A stretch of DNA of 64,000 nucleotides from an uncultured bacterium. Lineage in GTDB: Bacteria; Chloroflexota; UBA5177; JANWHV01. A program made the translations under genes and the position numbers. This document shows, piece by piece, positions 39,873 through 49,248 of the stretch. The notes beneath the pieces were generated by a model. That model was not told where the DNA came from, did no database searches, and was given only the letters and a program-made list of their open reading frames with translations. Numbering within the stretch: position 1 is the first letter of the stretch; each line of letters starts with the position of its first letter. Location of the stretch: assembly GCA_963729625.1 (NCBI GenBank), contig CAVSOU010000017.1, positions 192,001 to 256,000 on the forward strand, read 5' to 3'.

Positions 39873-41147
39873 TTGGCTGACGAACCGAACCCCGGTTTCT
39901 CCTGGCGTGAAATAGGCGAGTTTCAAGCACGCGTGGAGAATCCCTCGCTGCGCCAGCCCTTGTCGCTGATCATCGACGATCCCACGCCAGGCTATAATCC
40001 CGCCTACTTCCACAGCGGCTTTCTCAATGGTCCCATGCACGTCCCCGCATCGCTGATCGATGACGTGGCAGACCTGATCGAGGAAACCGGTATTCGCGGC
40101 AAGTTCAGCGTGATTCCCATGCCCTTTGGCCTTGGCCGGCTTGACGGCCAGATTGAAGGCGTGGAACCCGCGGATGTCCGGCACTTCCTCGACGTCGTGC
40201 GCGCGCGCATCGCGCCCTACCTCGACATTACGCCGGAAGCGCTCACGCACTGGAATGCGGTTGACCTGGCGACGGGCCGCCTTCTGCCGCTTTGGGAGCA
40301 CGTCTGGAGCCGGCAGCAGACGCGGCAAACCCTGCACCCTTACCTCTCGCTCGCCCTCGAGATTGTCAATGCCGCCGGTCTGCCCAGCACCGGGATGACG
40401 TCTCCATGGGATTTCGGGGACGGCGTGGAGACCGAGTACGCCGAAGCAATCCTGTCGGCGCAGCGCGCGGTCAATGGTCGCACGCTTACGTGGTACTTCC
40501 TGCAGATGGACGGCGCGTCCAAGCACGTGCCGCCCAAGCTGACCGTGTTTCGTCCCGAAGCAGGAGAAGTCGTAGTCAGCATCATCACGTGCGACACATA
40601 CGATTTTGGTCGCGGCGTGTGGCGAGGGGGCGAGCCGGATCCCGACTTGCTTATCAGCGCGGATGGACAAAGCGGCCGTCTTGCCCAGGTATTGTCGGCG
40701 GGCGGCCCGGCAGCCTTCCACACGCACTGGCAGACCCTGTTCAGCCAGGGCCGGAGTGCAGGTCGCGACGCGATCGCAACCGTCGCGCAGCGCGTCCGGG
40801 ATCGTTTCCACGACGGCGTGATCTGGACACGAACCCTGGACCTCGCGACCTATGCCGCGGCTGCCGCCGCATTGCACATCGCGCCGGATGATGCAGGTAG
40901 CCCCTCCGTCGATACCGATCACGGCACGGTGGTGATGCGGTTGACGACGCCGTTCGCGTGCAAGCAATTCACCATGAGCCTCGCTACGAACCAACCGATC
41001 AAGGCTGTGCGCCTGGACGGGAAGCCCCTGACCCGCATCGAATCGGCCAGATTCCTGGACGAAAACACGTTCCTTGTGGCCGGCGATCGGGTGTACATCT
41101 GCTGGTCGCTGCGGACCAGCCAACAGCTGCAGCTGGAACTCGCCTGA
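39873..41147 (+). CDS. Hypothetical protein with putative deacetylase/GH57-like catalytic barrel
   Basis: RBS GAGGAGG before TTG 39873. IIDD, GKFSVIP, THW, GMTSPW and FHTHWQ motifs suggest a NodB/GH57-like fold (inference). Confidence 0.6.
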   Translation: MADEPNPGFSWREIGEFQARVENPSLRQPLSLIIDDPTPGYNPAYFHSGFLNGPMHVPASLIDDVADLIEETGIRGKFSVIPMPFGLGRLDGQIEGVEPADVRHFLDVVRARIAPYLDITPEALTHWNAVDLATGRLLPLWEHVWSRQQTRQTLHPYLSLALEIVNAAGLPSTGMTSPWDFGDGVETEYAEAILSAQRAVNGRTLTWYFLQMDGASKHVPPKLTVFRPEAGEVVVSIITCDTYDFGRGVWRGGEPDPDLLISADGQSGRLAQVLSAGGPAAFHTHWQTLFSQGRSAGRDAIATVAQRVRDRFHDGVIWTRTLDLATYAAAAAALHIAPDDAGSPSVDTDHGTVVMRLTTPFACKQFTMSLATNQPIKAVRLDGKPLTRIESARFLDENTFLVAGDRVYICWSLRTSQQLQLELA

Positions 41148-41318
41148 ACTCCGATCGATACCGTCAGGGGACGTGAAGCGTGCGGGAGCGTGCGTAGGGG
41201 CGGCGTGTCGTCGCGCATGACAATTTTCGCCCGTTCCCGCTTCTCGTATCCATACAGTCAGGGTGCGCGTCTCTTCATGCTCGTTCACGCGAGTCGCCCG
41301 CAGGTCCGTGCTCGGCAC

Positions 41319-42420
41319 CTACGGCGCCGGGATGGCCTGCGGCTGGCCACTTGCCGCGGCCTGAGCTATTGCATTGCAGCACTACCAGATCCTGCTTTCC
41401 CTCGCGTCCGGAGGTCATCGGCTCACGACCTTCCACGATGCAGGCATGGAAATGCTCCAGCTCGCGCTTGAACGACTCTTCATAGGACACGAGAACTGCC
41501 TTCTCAACGCTGGCCCCGCCCTCCATGCCTTCGACCACGAGCGACGTCGGCTCGCTGCGAAGAAATGGCGACGGGTAGCGCAGGATCACGCGATCCGACG
41601 TGCCAAAGAACGCCAGCTCCATGCTGTAATGGCGCAGTGTCGGGAGGTTCACCCAGGTCATGATGCAGCGCATGTCACGCGGGTAACGGAAGACAACCGT
41701 CACGCCCTCCACATCCATCCATGTCTCGGCACTGCTCACTGCTTCGGGCTCCCCCAGCAAGCCGCGCATCGCGTTCACCTCGTGGACAAGCGTATCGAGA
41801 AGCACTGCCGAGTACAGACGACGGATCTGTTGCGAAGCGCCGCTGCCGACAGCCTCACCCACCAGGGTCTCGCTCTCCTCGCGGAGGATTCGCTGCGTCT
41901 CACTGGGAATATCGTCGCAGCGCACCAAAGGATAGTGATCGACATAGGGCCACATGGGCGCTTCCAGCGTGGTGATCTGCGCCAGCCGCAGGTCGGCCAC
42001 GCCGCGAACGAGCGGAAGCGCTCGCTCGTAGGCCGGGTCGAAGCGCTTCATATTGCCGACCATCAAGACCACCCCGGAGGCAGTTGCCGCACGGATCATG
42101 GCATCCGCTTCACGTATCGTGAAGCACATCGGTTTCTCGACGAACACGTGCCGGCCTGCCCGAGCGGCAGCCACTGCCGAAGGAGCGTGCGATCCCCCGG
42201 TCAGGATGAGGACGGCGTCAAGGTCCACGGCCAGGAGATCCTCCCACCGTGTGTGCCGGCTCTGGACGCCGAAAGCATCGCCTACCGCGCCGAGCGTTCC
42301 CGGCGACACATCGCATAGCGCGGCGATTTCAAAGCGATCGCTCAATTCGCGCAGATACGGCAGGTGCATCACCTGCGCGATCAGTCCACAGCCGATCACC
42401 CCAACGCGCACCTTCTGCAT
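41319..42420 (-). CDS. Gfo/Idh/MocA oxidoreductase (apparent +1 frameshift near 41375)
   Basis: VGVIGCGLIA, HVFVEKP and GNMKRFDP. The C-terminus reads VVLQAIAQAAASG to a stop at 41319 if one base is removed. Confidence 0.88.
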
Positions 42421-42599
42421 CTCACCCCTGCCCTTCGCTCCAGGACTGCGTTTCAACCACTACATCGAACAAGCGGGGAGCCCGGATTGCATCTCGCTTC
42501 GAGCTCGCGCATCCACCCAGACTATGTGTCGCCAGATTCCGCGCTGTTGAGACGTAGTACGAGCGCGCAAGCGACGGCGGGCGGCATAGGGCTGTGCTA

Positions 42600-42645
42600 T
42601 GCTAACGTTAAACGCTATCCTAGCATGGCCCCCCACCACTGTCAA
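42600..42645 (-). promoter_or_regulatory. Promoter plus LacI-type operator for the Gfo gene
   Basis: Minus strand TTGACA (42640-42645), N17, TGnTAGGAT (42617-42622). Operator-like TGCTAACGTTAAAC at 42600-42613. Same architecture as the DegT promoter. Confidence 0.75.
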
Positions 42646-42754
42646 CGAAGCGAGCTATACGGCGCGTCCGCGCGGCACTCTACCTCCAGAATCCTGCGGC
42701 CTTGATCGATACGCGCAAGATACAATTGGCATGGCGCCCGTATCGCTGAAACCT

Positions 42755-42768
42755 TGCTAACGTTTGCA
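42755..42768. promoter_or_regulatory. Additional LacI-type operator
   Basis: TGCTAACGTTTGCA, 13/14 match to the palindrome at 29336. Confidence 0.65.
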
Positions 42769-42855
42769 CAGCACCAGTTTTCGGCGCAGGCGGCAGGCAC
42801 CAACCACGACGTGTGATTCGCCTCATCGCGGTTCTATCCGCGCTTCATCCAACGG

Positions 42856-43731
42856 CTAGATTCCGAATTCACGGCTGAGGAATTCGCGGCTCCGCTTTGC
42901 CGCATAGAGTGGGTCGGACGGCGCATCCTGCTCCACGATGATCCAGCCATCGTAGCTTGCCGCCTTCAGCGAGCCAAATATGCGAGCCATGTCCACACTG
43001 CCGTCGCCAAGGGGCACAAAGAGCCCGCGCTGAACGGCCGCCGCGAAGTCCAGCCTTTCCGCCCTCACGTGCGCGAGGGCGTCGGCATCGACGTCCTTCA
43101 GGTGTACGTACCAGACCCGCGACGCGTAGTCGACGAAGATCGCCTCCGGGTCGACTCCGGCATAGGCCAGGTGGCCCGTGTCGGGACAGAGCCCAAGCAG
43201 CTCGGGATCGGTGAGCGAGCACAAGCGGTCTATCTCGTCGCGTGTCTCGACGAAGGTGCCGACATGCGGATGGAACACGGCACGCATGCCGCGGTCGCGC
43301 AGCATCTGCCCAATGCGGTTGAGCCCCGTTGAGAGGTTCTTCCACCCAGTATCGTCGAGACCATCACTACCGTCTGGGTTGACTCGGCCGGCGACTGCAA
43401 GGCGCGCCGGTGACGTGTGATCGGCAAGGATAAGCACGTCACATCCGAGGGCCTGGAGGCGATCGGCCACTGGAATCACGCGGGCGGCTTCTGAAGCATG
43501 CAAGGCGGGGTCGAGAAGCTGGACTTCGTGGAACGTCGCAGCGGCCAGCAGGCCGTGCCTGGCAAGGTCGTCCCGTAGCTCGGGGATATCAGTAGGAAAG
43601 TGGTAGCTGATTTCCGTACCGCTATAGCCCGTTGCGGCCATCTCTCCCAGCATCTGGGCGAAAGATGGCGGATTGGTCCAGTAGTACAATGGGTCGTAGC
43701 CCCAGTTGACCGACGCCGTGCCGACCAGCAT
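42856..43731 (-). CDS. IolE/MocC-like TIM-barrel dehydratase (inosose dehydratase family)
   Basis: HPHVGTFVET..EIDRL, CPDTGHL, YVHLKDV, FVPLGDG and GWIIVEQD. RBS AGGAGG before ATG 43731. Confidence 0.82.
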   Translation of the reverse strand: MLVGTASVNWGYDPLYYWTNPPSFAQMLGEMAATGYSGTEISYHFPTDIPELRDDLARHGLLAAATFHEVQLLDPALHASEAARVIPVADRLQALGCDVLILADHTSPARLAVAGRVNPDGSDGLDDTGWKNLSTGLNRIGQMLRDRGMRAVFHPHVGTFVETRDEIDRLCSLTDPELLGLCPDTGHLAYAGVDPEAIFVDYASRVWYVHLKDVDADALAHVRAERLDFAAAVQRGLFVPLGDGSVDMARIFGSLKAASYDGWIIVEQDAPSDPLYAAKRSREFLSREFGI

Positions 43732-43999
43732 GGATGTACCTCCTGCAACTTTGCCAACTCGATGACCGCTCACCGCATGCACCGGGACGCATCGTCGGCG
43801 CGACGATGTGCTATGGTGCTTTGGCCATCTGATAGAGTAGCACGAAGCGTTTGCGTCCGAGGAAGTGCAAGCGGGAAACATCTATAATCAAAGGCAAGCC
43901 AGGATCACGCGCCGATCGGTATTGCGCCGTTCGGACCAATAGAAGCCGTTTAGCGCAGCAGCTATCAGGCCCTGTTTGCAGAGTTGAAGGAGATCATGC

Positions 44000-44953
44000 A
44001 TGCGTATCGGCGTATTCACGGACAGCACCCCACAACTGCCTCTGAAGGCGGCCCTCGACCGGTATGCCGCCTGGGGCATTACCGCTGTCGAGCTTGGAAC
44101 AGGCAACTTTTCACCAGCTCCGCACCTTAATCTCGCCGAGCTTCTCAGTGACACGGCAGCCCGCCGTCGACTGCTCGACGACCTGGCGGAGCACGGCATG
44201 GTGCTGAGCGCCCTGAACTGCAGCGGCAATCCTCTACACCCGCTGCGCGACACCGCATCGCATGACGCCCAGGTCATCCGCGACACGATCAGACTGGCGT
44301 CCGAGCTCGGCATCGATCGCGTGGTGACCATGACCGGCTGCCCCGGCGCGCCCGGCGGCGGCCCGCATCCCAACTGGGTCACGTTCACCGGGCTCGATCA
44401 TTTCGCGGAGCTCTTGCGGTGGCAGTGGGATGAGGTACTCCTTCCGTTCTGGCGCGACACTGCCGAACTCGCTCGCGAGTGCGGCGTCCTGCTCTGCTTC
44501 GAGATGCATCCGGGAATGAGCGTCTACAACACCGCGTCGTTGCTGCGGCTTCGCTCCGCGATTGGCCCTACAATTGCAGCCAACCTCGACCCGAGCCATC
44601 TGTGGTGGCAGGGTATGGATCCGCTTGAGGTTGTGCGCGCGCTTGGACCCGCCGTTGGTTACGTGCACGCGAAGGACACGCGCGTGGATGGGCGCATGGT
44701 CGCCGTGAACGGCTGCCTCGACACCACGCTGATCGCCGCCCCGCTAACCAGTCCCTGGGTATTCAGGGCCGTCGGCTATGGTCACGACGCGGGTTGGTGG
44801 CGCGATTTCATCAGCATGCTTGCCATGACTGGATACGACGGCACCCTCAGCATCGAGCACGAGGATCCGCTCATGGATCCGGAAGAAGGAACGCAAAAGG
44901 CAGCGGCATTCCTGGCGCCGTTGGTGTTTACCGCTGCGCAGGCTGAAAAATAG
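44000..44953 (+). CDS. Sugar phosphate isomerase/epimerase TIM barrel (YfiH-like)
   Basis: VELGTG, GNPLHP, CPG..PNWV, FEMHPG, NLDPSHLWWQGMDP, VHAKD and SIEHED. Confidence 0.85.
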   Translation: MRIGVFTDSTPQLPLKAALDRYAAWGITAVELGTGNFSPAPHLNLAELLSDTAARRRLLDDLAEHGMVLSALNCSGNPLHPLRDTASHDAQVIRDTIRLASELGIDRVVTMTGCPGAPGGGPHPNWVTFTGLDHFAELLRWQWDEVLLPFWRDTAELARECGVLLCFEMHPGMSVYNTASLLRLRSAIGPTIAANLDPSHLWWQGMDPLEVVRALGPAVGYVHAKDTRVDGRMVAVNGCLDTTLIAAPLTSPWVFRAVGYGHDAGWWRDFISMLAMTGYDGTLSIEHEDPLMDPEEGTQKAAAFLAPLVFTAAQAEK

Positions 44954-45067
44954 CCTCGGACTTCCACGAAATACGCTTCCAGCTGCGAGCCAGGGTGGTA
45001 GGGCCGAAACCGGCTGCGGCCGGTTGGGTCCTCGTGCGGGCTGAGCAATCAGATGGGACGTGACCCA

Positions 45068-46261
45068 CTATGAGGCGTCAGGGCGCTCGGGAACCGTTAC
45101 CCAGCGCTGATCGCGAGCACTGAGCAATACCGCCTCCATGATGGCGATGCCGCGCCAGCCGTCATGCAGTGTCGGGTAGTCGCCGTCGGGGGGCTGGCCC
45201 TGTTGGGTCCGTTCAATCGCATGATAGATGCCCGCGATCAAGTTTCGGAACGCATCGAGATAGCCTTCAGGATGACCGCCGGGCGCGAATGCGAGTGCCG
45301 AGGCCTCCGGTTCCATCAGCATCGGATCCTTCGGCAGTACTTGCCAGGCAGGCTCGCGCCGGCGCACGGTCAGCGTATTGGGCTGCTCCTGATTCCAATC
45401 CAGGCCGCCCGTTTTCCCGTCAACCGACAAGGTGATCCAATTCTTGTGACCCGCGCTCACCTGGGACACTGTAAGCGCGCCACGGGCGCCGCCGGCAAAG
45501 CGCAACAGGAGGTTGAGACAGTCCTCTCCGTGCATGCTGACCCGATAGTGATCGCCTTCAGCTTCCGCGCCCTCAGGCAGAGGGCCGGCCCCCGGCATGT
45601 CGCGATGCCATTCACGAGTTCGCACCACCGTTTGAGTATCCGCGAACACCGCGGAGATTCGCTCGCCGGTCACGTGCTCGACGAGGTCGCACCAGTGAAT
45701 GCCTATGTCCGCCATGGCCAGCGACGGCCCGGCAATCTCTTGAGCGAAGCGATAGTGCAGGTAGGTGTCATGGAGCAGCTCGTCGGCCAGGTAGAGACCA
45801 CGCATATGATGGAGAGGCCCAAGGGAACCGTTCGCGATCATGCGACGCATCTGGCGCACTAATGGATAGTATCGATAGCAATAGCCAACACCCGCGACCA
45901 GGTTTCCAGCGCGAGCGAGGCGCACGAGGTCGGCTGCCTCCGTCGAGGTAGTGGCCAGGGGCTTCTCACAAACCAGATGCTTCCCCGCCGCCAACACGGC
46001 AGCGGCCATTGGGTAGTGCAGGGCGTTTGGCGTGCAGATATGCACCACGTCGATCCGCGGATCGTTGAGAGCCTGCTCCAGCTCGTACCCGTGCCGCGGT
46101 ACGCGGAGTCTGGCCGCGTGCCCGGCCATATCGCTGCCGGGGCGTCCCACGATCAGCGCCAGCTCAGCACCGCACCGGCGCAGCGATTCAGCGTGAATGG
46201 TCCCAATGTAGCCAGGGCCCACGATCGCCGCCCGCAGTATAGCCATCTGTTCCGTCCTCAC
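45068..46261 (-). CDS. Gfo/Idh/MocA oxidoreductase
   Basis: AIVGPGYIG, HICTPNALH, HLVCEKP, ADIGIHWCD, SQVSAGHKN and PGGHPEG. Confidence 0.92.
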   Translation of the reverse strand: MRTEQMAILRAAIVGPGYIGTIHAESLRRCGAELALIVGRPGSDMAGHAARLRVPRHGYELEQALNDPRIDVVHICTPNALHYPMAAAVLAAGKHLVCEKPLATTSTEAADLVRLARAGNLVAGVGYCYRYYPLVRQMRRMIANGSLGPLHHMRGLYLADELLHDTYLHYRFAQEIAGPSLAMADIGIHWCDLVEHVTGERISAVFADTQTVVRTREWHRDMPGAGPLPEGAEAEGDHYRVSMHGEDCLNLLLRFAGGARGALTVSQVSAGHKNWITLSVDGKTGGLDWNQEQPNTLTVRRREPAWQVLPKDPMLMEPEASALAFAPGGHPEGYLDAFRNLIAGIYHAIERTQQGQPPDGDYPTLHDGWRGIAIMEAVLLSARDQRWVTVPERPDAS

Positions 46262-46380
46262 CTCATGAACTATTCAGCAAACGCTCGCACGGCAGTCGAT
46301 GCGCTGCCCGCGCGCGGTGACCACAAGTGCGTCTAAAGGGAAGCCGTAGTGCGATCCGCAGGCGTGCCGGCCACCAAACG

Positions 46381-46450
46381 CGGGCGGGCGAGACGCCCGC
46401 GCCCCCAGAGTCGTGCACGTCAATGGATATCTCGTCGTGGCTTCACTCTA
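46381..46450 (+). repeat. REP-like palindrome plus degenerate 3' part of the 130-bp repeat
   Basis: GCGGGCGAGACGCCCGC hairpin followed by gcccccaga.tcgtgc..t.aatgga.atc.cgtcg, matching the end of the 35270 and 51256 copies. Confidence 0.55.
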
Positions 46451-46592
46451 GTCTGAAAGAGCGGACCTCCAGCTGCCGCAGCTGGAGGTCAATGTCGTGT
46501 AAGTCGCCGGGCACCTGCAAGAGTGGGTGATGCTACCCTAAACCACAATATCAGGCCTGATCACCACCAAAACACCGTACGTTGACAGGCCA

Positions 46593-46805
46593 CTAGTTAA
46601 GGGTCCTGTGCACGTTGACCGCCCGGTCACCCCGGCCTCGCGGATCGCGCTCGACCTCAAACTCGACCGTATCACCGCGCTGGAGCGCATCAAAGGTCAC
46701 ACCCTGCAAGGCTGAGCTGTGGAAGAATACATCGGGCCCACCCAGTGCCGGTGTGATGAAGCCGTAACCGCGATCGGTCATGCGTGCGATAGTTCCTTGA
46801 GCCAC
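46593..46805 (-). CDS. Cold-shock domain protein
   Basis: RNP1 RGYGFI and RNP2 VFFHSS. 70 aa from GTG 46805. Confidence 0.92.
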   Translation of the reverse strand: MAQGTIARMTDRGYGFITPALGGPDVFFHSSALQGVTFDALQRGDTVEFEVERDPRGRGDRAVNVHRTLN

Positions 46806-46964
46806 TGCTTGGACTCCCCTTTTCCGGCGGGCAGACCGGCCCACTGCCGGATAGCCTTCAGGCCACACCGATGGGCTCCAGTGTAGCACGCCATACCAGA
46901 CGGAGTACGGTCCACGTTTCCGCTCTACTGCCTGTCATACGCCACCACCATCATCAGGCGGCGA

Positions 46965-47408
46965 TCAGGAGGCCCGGCAGTCGCCGCAGTAGCCGTACAG
47001 GGTGATCGCGTGGCTGGTGATCTGGTAGAGCGTGTGCTGTTCCAGCAACGGGCCGAGGCGCGACAACAGGCAGCCATCGAGATCCTCGACACGTCCACAG
47101 CGCGTGCACACCAAGTGATGATGATGGCGCGATGAGCAGTAGACGTATTTGCTCTCGTTGTTGTCCTGCAGAAAACGCGTCGCCGCTCCCACTTCTACCA
47201 GAAGCTCGAGCGTGCGATAGACTGTTGCCTGACCGATCGCCGGCTGCTCTTCGCGCAAAGCGACATGCAGCTCACGTGGGGTAACGGAGGTTGATTGCGT
47301 CATCAGCGCGGCGAGAATCGCGCGCCGCTGCGGCGTCGGCACGTGGCGACGCTCCTGCAAACGGCGCATGACTTCGTCCTGTTCCGCGATAGCCTGCTGC
47401 ACATCCAT
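46965..47408 (-). CDS. Fur-family metalloregulator (probably Zur)
   Basis: TPQRRAIL, ATVYRTL, HHHHLVCTRCG and C-terminal CGDC. Last gene of the metal ABC operon. Confidence 0.9.
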   Translation of the reverse strand: MDVQQAIAEQDEVMRRLQERRHVPTPQRRAILAALMTQSTSVTPRELHVALREEQPAIGQATVYRTLELLVEVGAATRFLQDNNESKYVYCSSRHHHHLVCTRCGRVEDLDGCLLSRLGPLLEQHTLYQITSHAITLYGYCGDCRAS

Positions 47409-47411
47409 ACT

Positions 47412-48266
47412 TTACCTCCGAGCGATCGTCTCGTGCACAGGTGACGCTGCTATCCCGCCGGCCGGCGTTGGGCGCCTTCTGAGCCATGGAGCGAGCAGGC
47501 GCGCGGAGAAGTACATCGCGCCCACCAGTGCTGAAATGAGAAATCCAACGGGCCAGCCGGTATCGTACGCGGCAACCATGCCGATCCAGGTGGTCGCCAC
47601 GGCTATACCGACCGCGACCAGCAAGGCCCGCCAGGGGGTGCTGGTCAGATAGGTTGCGGCGGCGGCCGGGCCAATCATCAGGCTAAAGATCAGGAGCGTT
47701 CCCACTGTCGGAACCGTCACGGCGGCGGCAATCCCTACCACGATAAGAAAGGCGATGCCAACAGCCGCCGTGGGCACGCCCCGCGCCTGGGCAAGCTCGT
47801 AGTGCATGGTAGTGAGCAGGAGTGGACGGTAGAGCACGCCGAGCGCGAGCAGACAGCCCAGCGACAGAAGGCCCGTCTGCCATACCATGTCACGACTGAT
47901 ACCCACGATGCTGCCGAAGAGCAGGCTGAACGCAGCCGTGGCGTAGGCGTCGTTGAGGCTGAGAAATAGTGCGCCGGCGCCGAGCGCTGCCACCAAAATG
48001 AGCGCGGTCGTCACGTCGCGCCCGTGCTCGCGCGTGCCAAGCACGCCCATGCTGACGGCGCCGCCGACGGCAAAAGCGACAAGACCCCACACCGGCTCGA
48101 TGCCGAGCAGCACCGCTCCCGCCGCCCCGGCAAAACCGATCTGAGCCAGGGAATGGGCCGCGAAGCTGAGGCCCCGGAGTACCACGAAGAAGCCGACCAC
48201 GCCGGCCACGATGGCGACGATGGTGCCGGTAACCAGCGCGTTCTGCATGAACGGCTGGCTGAACAT
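47412..48266 (-). CDS. Zn/Mn ABC permease
   Basis: GFFVVLRGLSFAAHSLA, LLFGSI and GTLLIFSLMIGPAAAA. Confidence 0.9.
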   Translation of the reverse strand: MFSQPFMQNALVTGTIVAIVAGVVGFFVVLRGLSFAAHSLAQIGFAGAAGAVLLGIEPVWGLVAFAVGGAVSMGVLGTREHGRDVTTALILVAALGAGALFLSLNDAYATAAFSLLFGSIVGISRDMVWQTGLLSLGCLLALGVLYRPLLLTTMHYELAQARGVPTAAVGIAFLIVVGIAAAVTVPTVGTLLIFSLMIGPAAAATYLTSTPWRALLVAVGIAVATTWIGMVAAYDTGWPVGFLISALVGAMYFSARLLAPWLRRRPTPAGGIAASPVHETIARR

Positions 48267-48267
48267 C

Positions 48268-49185
48268 TCAGAGTGCAGCACGGCCGGGTATCCTCTTGAC
48301 ATTTCCTCCCTGCAGAGGGCCGCTCGTGCGGCGGAATGCCGGGCGGGCGGCGCGAGCGAACAGGTAGAACAGAAGCACGAGCGTGCAGATGAAGAAGGAG
48401 ACAGGCCACCCCTTTTCACCGGGCGGCCAGTAGTAGCTGTCGTACGATAGGGCGATGCCAGCCCAGGTCTCCAGCACGCCGATAGCGCAGGCTACCGCTA
48501 TGCCGGCGCCCGGTCGGGAGACCAGGTACGAGGCAGTCGCCGGCGGGCCGATCAGGAGCGCGGTGCTGAGCAGCACGCCCACGACCTGCGCCGCCTCCGC
48601 CACGGCGACCGCCATGCACAGCAGGAACAAGGCGGAAACGAGGCGCACGGGCACGCCGCGTGCCTCCGCCACCTGCGGGCTGACCGAGCAGAAGAACAGC
48701 GGACGGGCCAGCAAGGCCAGCAAGAGCAGGCAAGCGCCTCCGATCACGATCATCACGCGCGTTATGTTCGGATCGATCTCAAAGATCGATCCGAAGAGCA
48801 GCGTAAAAGGCTGGCTGACGAAGCGCGTATTGATATAGAGGAACAGGGCGCCGACACCAAGCGCCAGAGCCAGAATCACGCCGGTGGCCACGTCACGCTC
48901 GCGAGCGCGATCGCCGAGCGCGCCCACGCCGAGTGCCGCGGCGACGCAAAATGCCAGCAGGCCCCACAGAGCGTTGATGCCCAGGAGTGCTGCTCCGGCA
49001 CCGCCCGTGAAGCCGATGTCGGTGACCGCGTGGCCGATGAAACTCAGCCCGCGCAGCACGACGAAGAAGCCGATCACGGCACAGACAAGAGCAACGACCG
49101 TACCCGCCTGCAGTGCAGTGATCACCTGGTCGTTCTGCAGCATGTCGAAAATGTTCTGCTGGAGCCAGTCGCGCATGGAGGTCAC
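48268..49185 (-). CDS. Zn/Mn ABC permease
   Basis: GFFVVLRGLSFIGHA, LLFGSI and GVLLSTALLIGP. Confidence 0.9.
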   Translation of the reverse strand: MTSMRDWLQQNIFDMLQNDQVITALQAGTVVALVCAVIGFFVVLRGLSFIGHAVTDIGFTGGAGAALLGINALWGLLAFCVAAALGVGALGDRARERDVATGVILALALGVGALFLYINTRFVSQPFTLLFGSIFEIDPNITRVMIVIGGACLLLLALLARPLFFCSVSPQVAEARGVPVRLVSALFLLCMAVAVAEAAQVVGVLLSTALLIGPPATASYLVSRPGAGIAVACAIGVLETWAGIALSYDSYYWPPGEKGWPVSFFICTLVLLFYLFARAARPAFRRTSGPLQGGNVKRIPGRAAL

Positions 49186-49248
49186 CCCGGTCCGAACCGC
49201 GGAGCGTTCGTGAGCGCCGTCGACGCGCGCCTCGGCACAAGACAGTTC

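Noticed and set aside
46484-46530. Tiny ORF MSCKSPGTCKSG with a GGAGG RBS
   Set aside because: Only 12 codons with no modifying enzymes nearby, so it is plausibly chance.
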